Assembly (NCBI GenBank): GCA_951804945.1
Contig: OX638158.1
Location: forward strand, 17,112,001-17,176,000
Direction: 5' to 3'
DNA: 64,000 nucleotides
Source: Podarcis cretensis
Lineage: Eukaryota
Shown here: piece by piece, positions 12,471 through 25,740 of the stretch
Position numbering within the stretch: the stretch's first letter is position 1
Layout of the letters: the number at the start of each line of letters is the position of its first letter
The notes under the pieces: model-generated
Databases searched by the model: none
The model's input: the letters and a program-made list of their open reading frames with translations, nothing else
What the model was told of the DNA's origin: nothing
Program-made: the position numbers and the translations under genes

Positions 12471-12957
12471 TTATTTCATTATTCCTGGCCATGCTAGCTA
12501 GGGCTGATAGAAGCTGAGTTTGTTATGGATGCTATTAGAAAACCCCAACACCACTCCCAGAACTACAATTCCCAGAGTGGTTTAACAGTCAACTCCTCTT
12601 CACAGGAAACTCTGGGAACTGTAGCTCTGGGAGGGGAATAGGGATTGCCTAACAACCCTCAGCACCGTTAACAAAACACAGTCTCCCATAATTCTTTGGG
12701 GAAGCCATCACTGTTTGAAGTGGCATTACAACACTGTATGGTTGAACAGGACCCAGCTGCTTGGCTTCTCAGTCTATGACACCAGGAAACAGCAGGAGGA
12801 GGAGCAGGAAGAGCTGCCTGCATAATGCTGGTTCCATATGGATACCGCCTCATATCTACTCCTGTATTAGGTTTGAGCATGGTTTTATTCCGAGGGTCTT
12901 TTCTAATCTTTGACAGCTTCTCAGGGCTACAGTGATATAGCAATGCTTCTCTGATGC

Positions 12958-13102
12958 AGCCTGGATAGCTCAGTTGGTTGCATAGTGCTGATGATGTCCG
13001 GTGTTGCAGGATCAATCCCTGTATGGGCAGCTGCATATTCCTGCATGGCAGGGGGTTGGAATAGATTATCCTCAGGGCCCCTTCTAGCCTTATGATTCTG
13101 TT
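12958..13102 (+). mobile_element. Short tRNA-derived SINE with CR1-type tail (Squam3-like)
   Basis: A box tagctcagttgg, B box-like ggatcaatccc, tail gggttggaatagat...atgattct. Confidence 0.6.
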
Positions 13103-13173
13103 ATTTCCTTAAGTATTCAAAATAAGCAAATGAATAGTATCTTCAGGTTGGGAACAGAATCTGCCTTGAAATA

Positions 13174-13418
13174 CAGTCCTACCTCGGGTTACAGATACTT
13201 TGGGTTGTGCACTTTTGGGTTGCGCACTACGCCGAACCTGGAAGTACCAGAACAAGTTACTTCCAGGTTTCGGTGCTTGCGCATGCACAGAAGCACTAAA
13301 TTGCACTTTGCACATGCACAGAAGCGGCAAATTGCGACCCTCGCATGCACAGATGCAACGCTGCAGGTTGCGAATGTGCCTCCCGCACGGATCACGTTCG
13401 CAACCCGAGCATCCACTG
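13174..13418. mobile_element. Tc1/mariner-type MITE, related family
   Basis: TA|cagtcctacctcgggtt...aacccgagcatccactg|TA; different internal sequence from family A. Confidence 0.8.
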
Positions 13419-13559
13419 TATATTTTTTTCCAGGGAGCTTCCAGACTGTCACAGTTTTCACAAATCTCTCCCATGTTTGGGTGCAGGTATATTTTTATTA
13501 TTCTTTCAACTGATTAGTCACTTGTTACCTAAAAGGTCTCCAGGTGGCTTACGTAAACA

Positions 13560-13790
13560 TTTGTTTATTTATTACTACATTTCTATTGTACCTTTCCTCC
13601 AAGGAGCTCAAGGTGGGATACATGGTTCTACACCCTCTCCCTTTTACCCTCACAACAACCCTGTGGGGTAGGTTAGGTTGAGGGATGAGAGATAGTGGCT
13701 GGCCCAAGGTCACCCAGTGAACTTGATGGCTGAGCAGGGATTTGAACTGCAGCCTCAAGGTCCTGGGCCCAACACTCTTCATCACCACCG
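13560..13790 (-). mobile_element. MIR/CORE-like tRNA-derived SINE
   Basis: cacaacaaccctgtg..gtagg...ggcccaaggtcaccca...gggatttgaac; related copies at ~2510-2620 and ~21955-22085. Confidence 0.6.
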
Positions 13791-15220
13791 CCGCACACCA
13801 ACTCTCAACACAAATACATTTCCCTTTGTGCAGTAAGAATGTACCTTCTTATCCCACAAAGGAAGTGGATACACTGCAATAAAAAAGCAATAGCTAAGCA
13901 GAGCCCTTGCACAATAAATCCACTCAAGAAGAAGAAAAAGACTTTATGCAATAAGAAAAGTGAAAGAAAACTCCGGCCAAGAGTGCACAATATTGAGAGA
14001 GAAGTAATATGACTTCCATGCAATTTTTGTGAAAGCAAATCGGGGCAATTGGTGCTTCGATATAGACTTCACCCGGAAGCAGACAGTGTTAGGTCATACT
14101 GGCAAGCCTTTATTTTAATTATTTTTACAAGTGGCATCTATGTGACAAAGCTCCCTGCCAACAGACCTGTGTACTGTTTTGTTTTTATTTTTTAAAAAAG
14201 CTTTCTCTCTTAGGTTATTTTTAGCTGCTGTGGCATTTTGAATCTTCTGGCAGCTGGATTTTTTAAAAAGTGCTTTTGCTGCTGCTGTCTATTATGGGAA
14301 CAATCCAGTCCAAATTAAGCACTTTTAAAGTTCAAATGCTTCTCACTGAGAGAAATGTAAAGTAACGTTTAACTCTGTCAGCAAAATTAATGGGACTTAA
14401 AAAGTGTTTGACTTGGCTGGATCGTGTCTAATGTCGTGCTTCGCTTTAGTGTTATTTTGATAGGAATTTTATCTTCAGTTTGCATTTTACACTATAACTC
14501 ACACTAAATGCACTGTAGCAAAAAAAGCAATTTGCTATATTCATATGCAAAAAAAAAAATAAACAAAACAGCAGTGATGATGCCATCGTGCTTGGCTAGT
14601 TGCACCCTCAGACTGGAAGCAGATACTGCGGCAGATGCATGATGGTTTTGAAGACAACAGCCCCGACTCTCTGACTCTCCTCCCTCTAAACATGCAATAT
14701 GGCACTCCACTGCACTGCATGCACAACACTGCTGCATGCAGCCCACCACTTTTGCAGGGTGCGCAGACATCACAACACATACATCAAAGTCTAGCATGGT
14801 ATAGTGACTAGAGCGGCTTTCTCCAACCTATTGCCCTCCATAGGTTATTGGACTACAAGTCCCATGACCCCTGACCTTTGGACATGCTGGCTGGGGCTCA
14901 TGCAAGTTGCAGTTCAAAGGAGGGAGGGAGGATGGACAAGGGTGTTGGGTTCAAATCTCTGTTTAGTAATGATCTTGGGCCAGCTTCTCTCTCTGAGCCT
15001 AGCTTACTTAACAGGGTTGATAAAATGGGTTGAGGAAGAGAATTGTGTACGCTATGTTGACGATGGGGAGAAAATTCAATTCAGCTCACATTCAAAGGCA
15101 AATTTACTGAATTCATCTTTTCTGACACAAATCGAAACACTGCAATCCTTCAAAATTCACCCTTCTACAAATTTTGCAATGTTGTCCTCCAGTGAAGTAA
15201 TGAATACAAAAATGAGTATA

Positions 15221-15457
15221 CAGTGGTACCTCGGTTATCAAACATAATCCGTTCCAGAAGACAGTTCGAGTTCCAAAACGTTCTAAAACCAAAAACTCAA
15301 AACGGAAGCCTCAAAATGGAAACCTCAATACGGAAGTCGCATGGCATGTTCGACTTCCGAGGCTTGTTCAAAAACCGAAGCATTTACTTCCGGGTTTATG
15401 ATGTTCGAAAACCGAAACGTTCATCAACAGAGATGTTAAAAAACTGAGGTACCACTG
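15221..15457. mobile_element. Tc1/mariner-type MITE, related family
   Basis: TA|cagtggtacctcggtt...aactgaggtaccactg|TA. Confidence 0.8.
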
Positions 15458-16371
15458 TACTAGAGTAAAGTGTGTGGATAAATGCATATGATAGTGAAAG
15501 TAACATCCAAAATGCCTTATATCCTGGGGAAATGCTTTGCATAAATGTTCGTATTAGGAAAGATTGCATACAAAAATGTGTATGTCGGGAGAAATTTGAC
15601 CAAAATGCTGAAAATGTCAATGCATCCTTTAAAAATATAGTAATAATAAGATGCAAATGGATGTGGAAATGAGGAGAGCCAAATGTTAAGATTAGGAAAA
15701 TGAGAATTAAAGAGAAACTGAAACCGGCAGTTCCACCCACCTCCATAGCCAGGCGCATCATTACTCCAGTGAAAGTAAAATAGTGGCAGGTTGACATATT
15801 TGCCCATCCTTGCACTGCACTGACCTTCTTGGGAGGGATAAAAATGAAATTGATAAATTTTGTATTGCTTGATGTAACCAAGGAGAGAAAAATGAGACAC
15901 AGGACTGCTGTTCTTGGCAACAGCCTTCATGCATCTGCCCTAACGTCTAGTTCCAGCCTCATTAACCAGGTCAGGATCAACTCTGCCAACCTAAGTACAT
16001 ATGAAACAGATCTGCGCAGAGAGCTCCAGCATAAATACCACAGTCTGTTTGGGTGGATACATTTGTCTGTTTTTCTTAAGATGTTCCCACACACCAAAAA
16101 TATACCAATTTTACACATTCTGGTGTCTGAGTTTTATCAGAGAAACAGAAATGTCCTTTGTTTCTGACAACATGTTGCTTCTATAAAGACATTTTGATAA
16201 CATGATTGTTATTAAATGATAAAAAATGAGCAGATCTAAAAATAATAGGAGCATTTCACCATGCGAAACCAAAGCCCACTCTTCATGGAGTGGAATCAAT
16301 TAGCAAGTCAATTTTGCACCCTTTGCAAAACCCGTAATGATTGCTGATTCTGCTACTTGAATATAGGTAGT

Positions 16372-16520
16372 CAGTGCTTTTTTTCTAAAAAAAAAAATGT
16401 TTAGGGGTACTCTCATTTTCCTACTCATATTGAAATACTGCTCCTCAATGAGGCCAAACTTTGATTCACAAAATGTTTAGGGGTATGCATACCCCTGCGT
16501 CCCCCCAGAAAAAAGCACTA
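16372..16520. mobile_element. MITE (hAT-like TIR cagtgctttttt)
   Basis: cagtgcttttttt ... agaaaaaagcacta; TSD not evident. Confidence 0.6.
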
Positions 16521-16936
16521 TACTGTACATAGTCACTTTGCCTTCACATGTAGAACAAAAACCCCTCCTTCTTAAAATATCCTTAACATAGCAGCTGGAG
16601 ACCTTGGGTTTGGAGATGAATGGTAAAATTAATGTGTTTGGAAATAAACTGTGTTGTTGTTTAAATTTGTATATCTCCCTTCATCCACAGACCTCACAAC
16701 TTGAAATTCCAGATGAACAACACAAAATACATAACAAAAACAGGGACAATGCAAACCAGTACCCCCTCCCACAAATACATTTAAAAGGGTATAGGATGTT
16801 AACTAGCCGTCTCTCTTGCCTTGTACACAAGGGTGAAACAGACTAGATGCCGTAGGAAAATTCAAACAAAGAAAGACAGACTAGCTGCTCTCTACCTGCC
16901 ACAATATTATGACTAGAATGCATGCTAGTCATAATA

Positions 16937-17287
16937 TTGGAGAAGAGGAGGTTAAGGGGTGATATGATAGCCATGTTCAAATATATAAAAGGATGTCACA
17001 AAGAGGAGGGAGAAAGGTTGTTTTCTGCTGCTCCAGAGAAGCGGACACAGAGCAATGGTTCCAAACTACAAGAAAAAAGATTAGGAAGAACTTCCTGACA
17101 GTAAGAGCTGTTCGACAGTGGAATTTGCTGCCCAGGAGTGTGGTGGAGTCTCCTTCTTTGGAGGTCTTTAAGCAGAGGCTTGACAACCATATGTCAGGAG
17201 TGCTCTGATGGTGTTTCCTGCTTGGCAGTGGGTTGGACTCGATGGCCCTTGTGGTCTCTTCCAACTCTATGATTCTATAATTCTATG
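16937..17287 (+). mobile_element. CR1 LINE 3' end
   Basis: Near-identical to 56766-57130 (reverse); ctatgattctataattctatg tail. Confidence 0.92.
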
Positions 17288-18727
17288 CAAAATTTTCTGT
17301 GGTGCATATGGGATTGCATAGCAGATGCAAGGAGTCCTTCAGCTGCCTGTTCAAGGTGAAGAATGTTCCTTAAGCACAAACAGTTTGGAAACTACTGTAC
17401 AAGTACTAGGCAGTGGAATGATCATTGCAGAACCTTCTAGAATCACCAGCCCTGCCCATTCAATATCCAGCCACTATTTTGTCAGTGGAATGTCAGCAAG
17501 CAGTTAAGGCTTCAGTCTCAACCCCACTTCTCTGGGAGCAAGCCCCACTGAATTCAATGGGACTTACTTCTGAGTAGACATGTTTGGGATTGCAACCTAA
17601 CACACGAAACGGGCCTCTGTGAGATGATCATTAACTTCATTTAGTTGGGCAAAAGTTGTACACTGTTCAGATGGGTGCCGGGTTTAAAGCTGCTAGATAT
17701 GATCTTACATACCATCTTTTTTAAATATCTAGTTATTATCCTCAGGTTTTTTTGGGGAGGGCCACTATTTGACTAGCTGCTCATGATTAAAATTTAGCCG
17801 GATGCTCCCAGGAACCTTAGTGGAACAAAACCATATCAGTTTATTTAATAACTTTCAAAGTGAAACTAAAGTCTTGTTCAAATCATGTCTCCTCTGATTT
17901 AATTAAATACCACCACACATACTGTAAGGCTCTGGGAATCATTAACAGAGTTAATTGAAGACAGGAGATGATGCTTTTCTTTCCTTTTGAAAGCCGGTAG
18001 AAAATTTAAAAATAGTTTCTATTCAGAGCTTCCTCAAGGCTTTTTTTATATACATACAGCAGCTTCCACCCTTGTTGAAGCCTCGATAAATATAAAAGAG
18101 GATTGACGGTCAGCATCAAAAGGTGCTGTGCACGAGAAAGCTTGGGTGTGCAATCAGGTTTGGTGCATGCACACACCTCAGGATTGCAATCAATTGTCTA
18201 TAATCTAACAAGTTTGCCTACGCCTAAAAGATCTACTCCACTTATTTAAAGAGGGGTCAGCAGCTGGAGATCCCAGCAGAAAATATGGCTCTTTGAGAAA
18301 TTCCAGCTTGCCTCACCTTTCAGTTGCCCGCCCTGAGGCAAGAGCAGTGAGTGGAAGGCCTGGTAGTTGTGATAACAGTGGCAATTGGTGAATCCGTCAA
18401 TTTTAGTTATTCTCAGTTTCTAATTTCTCCAGTCTTTTTGAAGTTCACTTCCCCACATTTCCACATCAATTGTCCTCGTGAAAATTGACCGGCATTTCAG
18501 TGCGGATTTCTCCAAATACATACACTTTTGTATGCAATTGCACCTAACATATTTTTTGCAAAGCAATTCTGCCCCATACAATGCATTTTAATGTTGTTTT
18601 CGCTAATCTGTGAACTTATATGTACCCTTTTGCAACAGCATACGCATTTCTGTACACATAACTTGGGTAGAGAGCTGCAGTGCAAAAATCAGAGACGTTT
18701 TCAAGGGACACTGTGTTCTGGTTATTG

Positions 18728-18854
18728 CAGGGATTTTTTTCAGCCAGAACTCAGTTCCGGCATCTCTCAGGTGGGTACCATTGCCATTATAAGAGGACAA
18801 AGGAGGCATTCGTGGTGAGTTCTGGCACCTCTTTTTCTAGAAAAAATAGCACTG
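18728..18854. mobile_element. hAT MITE
   Basis: Perfect 8-bp TSD ggttattg; ends agaaaaaatagcactg. Confidence 0.8.
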
Positions 18855-18913
18855 GGTTATTGTATTGTTTTGGAAGATTCAGATTGGGCAGGTTCACCTT
18901 GAACTTTCAACTA

Positions 18914-19131
18914 CAGTGGTACCTTGGGTTACAGACGCTTCAGGTTACAGATTCCGCTAACCCAGAAATAGTACCTTGGGTTAAGAACTTTGCTTCAGGA
19001 TGAGAAGAGACATTGTGCGGTGGCAGCAGCGGGAGGCCCTGCTAGCTAAAGTGGTACCTCAGGTTAAGAACAGTTTCAGGTTAAGAACAGACCTCCAGAA
19101 CGAATTAAGTTCTTAACCCAAGGTACCACTA
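18914..19131 (+). mobile_element. MITE family A
   Basis: TIRs, TA flanks. Confidence 0.9.
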
Positions 19132-19914
19132 TATATCAAATTTCTCCCCTTGATTACAGGACTTGCTCACAGTCCACTGCTGACTAGATGCTGCTCAGAG
19201 TGGCTTCTGCTATGATCCTAGTTGCTTCAATGGATGGCACAGCTGACACAGGCAAGAGTTCAGATCACACCTGGGCAGATTTGTGCATCATGCTTCTGTC
19301 TCAGAAGAGCATTCAAACCACGGCTGAGCTTGAAGACAGTTATTAGCAAATGGATTTCGGAACCAGACCAGCAATTATGCAACAAAAACTCAGCTGGCAA
19401 TTCTCTCAGCCATGCAGAATGGAAACTAGCTCTGCAAGACACTTCCATGCGACTAGAGGCATTCAGGAATGCTACTTGCCATAGGAGGCGTGCGCAAGGA
19501 CATATGGTGCACATGTGTTGAAAAGGAAAGATGAGATTATACCATAATCTTTCTCAATGTATCCTCCACTAAAATGAATGTGGCCTTGGTCTAAGTACAG
19601 ATTCTTCTAATGGGAGCCCCCCCAAAAGGAAGTGAAAGCTTAACACAGATCCTTTAAGGACTGACAAAACGTTTGCGTTCAGCGTCCCAACTGTATTCTC
19701 TGCAGTGTGTATGCAGCAGAAGTCTCTTCCCCCCTGCCCCACATAAAGTTCTTGAAAAACAGGAAGAGGAAATCAATGCTTCCTTGGAAGCTAATTCCCA
19801 CTTGCACAATTTCAAGGCTGTCTTATGCCCTCCTACCAATATCTGCAGGCTTCTGCCATGAGAGCTAAAGGTAACTGCAACAGTCATTATATATACAGAC
19901 TTCAAGACAGAACA

Positions 19915-20127
19915 ATTCAAAGTGTTGGCGCTGATCTTAAACAACCTGCACCCTGTATATCCAAAGGAGCTTCTCCACCCCCATTGTTCAGCCCAGGCAC
20001 TGAGGTCCAGCTCTGAGGGCCTTCTGGTGGTTCCCTCACTGCAAGGAGTGAGGTTACAGGGAACAAGGCAGAGGGCCTTTTCAGTAGTCATGCCTGCCCT
20101 GTGGAATGCCTTCCCATCAGATGTCAA
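19915..20127 (+). mobile_element. L2 LINE fragment
   Basis: Encodes ...LRSSSEGLLVVPSL...RAFSVVMPALWNAFP. Confidence 0.8.
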
Positions 20128-21455
20128 CTTATCTCTCCAAATTTGGGTTCCTGTTTTTTACTTCAGTGTGAAAGCACATTCCAACAGGATGGTGCTGCTG
20201 CAAATGTTTAGCCCCGTCAGCAGTTCAAACAAAGTTGTCAGAAGGAAAAAGAAGAAGAATATTTTCTGTGGCTGTATAAAATAGGTACTGTTATTCTGAG
20301 GGGCACATTCCTTCATCTGATGATCCATGCACTTATAGAGCATTCATTCTGTACTCATTTATTAAATTCATTAATATACCATCCTTAATTTCAAAAACCT
20401 GGGGCAGTTCACAAATCACACTGCCAATGCAATACATAACAGAGCATAATAAAACCATAAAATTATCTCAAAGCAGCAGCAAGTAAACCGTCTCAATCTC
20501 ACTAGTCTTCAACTAGTGAGTCGTGAGGTGGGTTGCAACTTGAGAACTACCATCATGGTAATATATGATTAAAGATTAAGAAATGGGTCCCTAAAGCTAT
20601 GTTTTGGTCCTGGGTCTGGAAAGGTTGAAGGCTATGGCCACAGACCACTTTGCAAATCAAATTGTCCTGAGCCAACTTACCTGACCCATAGTGAGACACT
20701 GCAAGAGATCTTGTTCACATTCCAATAAACCCCAGAAATTGTTCTAAATTCCCACAGGGTTGCCAAGAGCCAAAATTAGCAAGTCTGGATTGCAAGGCGC
20801 ACAGACACACATTCAAGTCTGCCTCTCATGCAGGTCAGCTATTATCCTGAATCTTGCAGGGAGAGGCTGAAAGTAGGGTGGGGTGGGGTGGGGGAGCCAA
20901 CAACATAGAATGGAAGACAGAGAAGAGTTTCCTACTCTAAACAATGTTTGTGGTTTAAAATACTTTTGCTTGATATCTACCCTGGGACTAAACACATATT
21001 ATTCGTATGTATTGGGTAGCAGTGTCAAATATTTTTACAGCAACAATAGCTGCTGTATGAAGCTTTAATAACTCTTTTCTAAAATGGAAATTAAAAGCTC
21101 TCACACATTTCCACTTCTCCCATGCCTAGAAGCCATGGGTCTGAGCAGATTTCTGCTTGAACCACTCCCTCCGCAGGGAAAACCCGCTCTTTAGCTCTAA
21201 ATCAGAACAAACGACAATCTGCCGGAAACCCTCTTGCCATTTGCTCCGACTGAGCGGTTTCTTCCGGGGGGGGGGGGGGGGAGAGAGAGCACTAGAATTC
21301 TAGTCCAAGTTCTGGTGAGATGTGGAACCCTACTCCATTCCTAAAGGAAGCATTTTCTGACATGGAGATGAAGAGATGAGAAAGCTTTGCCTGTTTAATT
21401 TCTGTCTGTCAATGTACTAAGAAAGATGCAAGGTTAAAGAGGGAAAAATGCCTAA

Positions 21456-21857
21456 CAGGGCAGGGTGATATCTGATTTTCAACATCACAATATATCACCA
21501 GCTAAACATCACGATATACCAATATATAGTGATGTCTGAAATAAGGATGGAGCTATGTAGTGGCACTGACTGGTTTCACGGTTTTCCCTGCATCTTGATT
21601 TTTGCTGGCACCCGCACTTGTGATTCGCTGCCCTATGCAGGAGGCTGGAGAGAGCTGAGCCAGGAGAGTTAACAGGGGCTGCAGGAATTGGGAGAAACAT
21701 TGGCTGGCTTCACGGTTGTTCCCACATTGTGATTTTTGCATAGCACACCCACACCATAATTTGCAATATATTGCCAGGTCAAAAAATATGAAACCGATAT
21801 CATGAGATGGACTTCAAACCAGTAATGGACGATATATCAATATATCGCCCAGCCCTA
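21456..21857. mobile_element. Non-autonomous DNA transposon (hAT-like)
   Basis: Termini cagggcagggtgatat / atatcgcccagcccta; subterminal gatatat repeats. Confidence 0.55.
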
Positions 21858-22088
21858 ATGTGTATCCTTCTCCAAGCACTATAATCCTAAATTAACTATT
21901 ACATTTTTTATACCATCCCTTTACTCATGACACACATCCTCCCAACATTTTCTCCCTCAAAACAACCTGTGAGATAAATTAGGTTGGAAGAATGTGAATG
22001 GCCCAGCACCACCTAAGCTTTTGGACTCAGCAGAGATTTGAATCCAGGTTTCCCAGATCTGAAGTCCAATGAAGTTCAACCACTAGAC

Positions 22089-22315
22089 CCATGGTTCCCA
22101 ACATGGGGCACACCCCCCATAGGGGGGCAATTTGATTTTTAAGGAGGGCAATTCAAGAATGAGTTAGACCAAGTTAATGGCCTTTTAGACTTCCTCCATG
22201 TGAATAGGAGTTGACTTTTTGAATAATAAGAATTATATGTCATGGGGGGGGGGGCAACCAGGATTTTAGAGGTGCTTAGGTGGGGTATGGCCAAAAAAAA
22301 GGTTGGGAACCACTG
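22089..22315. mobile_element. hAT MITE
   Basis: TIR tggttcccaac / gttgggaacca; perfect 8-bp TSD cactagac. Confidence 0.85.
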
Positions 22316-24460
22316 CACTAGACCATTTCCTGGTGTAAGAGAGAGTCCCATGTTACAACATGTACCCTATCGACCTATTTCCAGCACCTGAGTGCTATTC
22401 ATTCTTCAGTCCCTCCAGTGATGGGACTCATATCACTAGGATAAATAAATAACCAGTTTTCCATGGGTGTCATTAAGACTTCCTTCCCATTTCTCTAGAG
22501 GGAGAAGTTAATTCAGCAGAGTTAGCTGGCTTAGATCTAACTGGTGGTTTAATATATTCCACATGAAGCAAAAGAGGCTGCAAGAGACCACACCAGTAGT
22601 TTAACACTCTGACACCCATATTTCAGTCACAGTATATGGATTTTCTAGGTAAGGGATATGCAGAGGGCCGTGGCTGGTTAAGGCAGTGACATCCTGTTCT
22701 CCCCTTGGTGGCTCAACAGGCTTTCGTACATCTGATATTCATTCTTTTATTGGGCTCTTTGGATGAGAATAATAGTTCTTCCTTCCAATCTGCCACCAAA
22801 ACACCAGCCAACCGACTGGTTACCTCCATATGTCACTCTGATAACTAGCCAATGAAAGGAAAACTAGCCAGGCATCTTATATTGCACTTTGGCTTGTAGC
22901 TCATCACAGCTCAACAGCCCTGGCTGAATAAACTTCCTAGTTTTTCTGCCTTCCTCCAGGGACTGACACCCCTTTCACAAACACACACAAACAGGGTGGG
23001 AAATTGCCAAGCATCTGGCACTCAGCAATGAATGGTTGGGGAGCTACCTCCAGCTTGGTGGAGCCCAAGCCTGCTGCATTATCTGGACCTGATTCTTCTT
23101 TTTGCTAATGAAAATGTTCCATTTTCTTTGTTTGCAGACGCAAAACACTGTAAACAAACAAGTTTGCTCACGCTTTGTGCCATTTCCTGCTGTACATTCT
23201 TCAGATTCTCCTTCCCTCTTTATCTTCTTTTTATGTATGTGCCCTGGAGGCTTCAAGGAAAGTCAGTGTCCCCTCCTGTGAATGCAGAGCTGCCCTTGAA
23301 TCCAGGAAATCTCAGCTCAAGTGTCTATCGCCCTCCCCCTGTACCCCATTGTGAACTCTGTGGGGGTTCCTTGACTGAGAAGCTGAACTGGCCTTAGTAG
23401 TTCCCCAGTATACAGAGCAGAAAGAACAGGGCCCTATTAAAAGAGTTGTAATATTCAGACATTACGACTGTACTGTACGCATTTTAGACAGTGTCTCATT
23501 GAGTTTAGCTGGGCTAAATACAAAGTATAGATGCAATATAAAGCGAGCAGGTTTATAATGGGAGAGAGTTTCTTTGACTGATATGTTCACTATCCATTCC
23601 TTGATATTTTCTAGGCTTCATCCATGTATTAAAACAGACCACCAGAAAGCCTGCATGTTTCTCTGTTTGCATTGGCTGCCAGGAAATTAATAACCAGATT
23701 TTCAACTCAACTTTGAATGTCTTTCTTCTTTGATATGGCTTGCAGCTAAACAAATAAAATTGTGAACACAACAACAACTACAGAAAATGGAGGCAGCACC
23801 ACTGCTGTCATCTGCTTTGGTTCAGTCAGCATCATGACCCACCAGTTGAAGATCAAGGGCTTCCCAGATACTGTGGATTTAAAAACATGCTGTTCCAAAT
23901 GATCTAGAGAGGTCCTCCTGAAATGTCCACCCTGATTCACACAAACTGCACATGCCTTGAAAATGTGGAGTCAGGCACGATCACGTTTTGTTTTATTTAT
24001 GAATTTTGTGAACATGCAGAACCTCCTCAGAGCAAGGAAAAACCCAAGGGCATTTGATCATTGTTGGTCTTCTACCTGAGAGGTGAAAGTGCAAATCTCA
24101 GCTACAAAAAACCTGCTGGGTGGCCTTCTGTAATTCACTACCCCCCAGGCTTCAATATGCTATCATTAAAATTTGGTGACCTGGGTCACTGGGCTGAGGA
24201 TGAACAAAGTAAGAAAATGCGGCTAGCTATAAATCTTATATAAATAAATTGAGATTAATTTCTGCGGATATGATATAACTTCTTTCATCTTCTGCACCTC
24301 TGATTTGCCTTTGATGGTGTTCAGTTTAAGTTGAGAAGCATTACTTGCACTGCATGCCTCAGGTTTTCCGTGGGCATCTAGTTGGCCACCGTTATAATAG
24401 GATGCTGGACAAGATTGGCCTGATCCAGCAGGGCTGTTCTGATGGGCTTATGTTCTAGCA

Positions 24461-24597
24461 CAGGCTTCCTCAAACTTGGCCCTGCAGATGTTTTGGAGAC
24501 TATAATTCCCATCATCCCTGGCCACTGGTCCTGCTAGCTAGGGATCATGGGAGTTGTGGGCCAAAAACATCTGGAGGGCTGAGTTTGAAGAAGCCTG
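24461..24597. mobile_element. Palindromic hAT (Charlie/MER5-like) MITE
   Basis: TIR caggcttcctcaaact / agtttgaagaagcctg; TSD ttctagca/ttgtagca; whole element self-complementary. Confidence 0.8.
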
Positions 24598-25730
24598 TTG
24601 TAGCATCTGGGAACATCTGCCCCAAATACAGCCCGTCCCAAGGCAAACAGACTTTGTATGTCTGCGTACGTGCATGAGAAAGAGAAGACATGCTTGTGTT
24701 CTATCTAAATAAGCACCTCATTTATTTCTGGGAAAGCAATCTGAGGTTGGGTGGAGCCAAATTTTCCCAGAATATATTTTTCAGCGGGGGCGAGGGATTC
24801 AGAAAAGGAAGTCCACTTTGCAGAATTTCCCCCATATATGCTCCACCACCTCTCCTCCCACATTGCCCTGGAACAAGAATAAGTCCAAGGAACAGTGGAG
24901 GATGCAAAGTGTCCCCCAACACCACACACAAACAAACAAGAAACTGTTGAGAAATTTCCCTTCATCCCTCCAATATCCCTGCCCACAATTTCTCTATCCG
25001 AAACCACTCAACCAATATGCACCAATTATGTCATATAGCCATAGATGACAAAGCTCAACCAACCCCCAAACAGTGGTGACTGGTGCTCTTTGGCAGAAGG
25101 CAGGGAGGTCAACAATAGGGGGAGCCAGGACCAATGATGGGCAGAGCCAGTTATTCTAGTTTTGCCCCCTAAAGGTCTTGAGGGCACACAGGACTTCCTG
25201 CATGGTTGTTTGGATCCTAGCTGTTGCTTCTCTTCACCATCATGGTAAGAAGTGAACAGCATCTAGTATAAAATCCCAGTTGTTTATTTATTTTTTAAAA
25301 AACAGCATGAAAATCCAAATTTAAATACATATTTTAAATATGGATTTTGAATGAGGTTTCCTATGAAATACACTTTTCTAAATGCATCTTATCCTAAAAT
25401 ATGCAAAATAGCCTGGGAGGTTTTGATTGGATAAGTTCAATCAGAATTTGCAAAGAACTAATTCCCCAAGCAACCTCTCCCATCACCGCACATGTAAAAA
25501 CAGATGGATATCGTGCGTTTTGGCATCCCCCACATTCTGGCACCTTAACACAGAGGCATCACAAACTGCCCCATATCTTTCTGCTTATTTCACCCTATTT
25601 CTCTGCCCTAAGGCAATCCTTCGTTCGAAGGCGTGACGCCTGCAATCAGACCCAGCTCAGCACTGCAGCGAGAAATGCACTGTTATCTGTGTTGCTGACC
25701 TTCAATGGAATACCAGGTTTGCGAGCCTTG

Positions 25731-25740
25731 CCATAAATGG
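25731..25740. promoter_or_regulatory. Canonical CArG box (CCATAAATGG)
   Basis: CC(A/T)6GG in apparently TE-free intron sequence; MCAT-like tggaatgt ~110 bp away. Function unproven. Confidence 0.35.

Noticed and set aside
20137-20146. CArG boxes at 20137, ~29148 and 61176
   Set aside because: They are inside or next to TE sequence with no supporting motifs; such matches are expected by chance.
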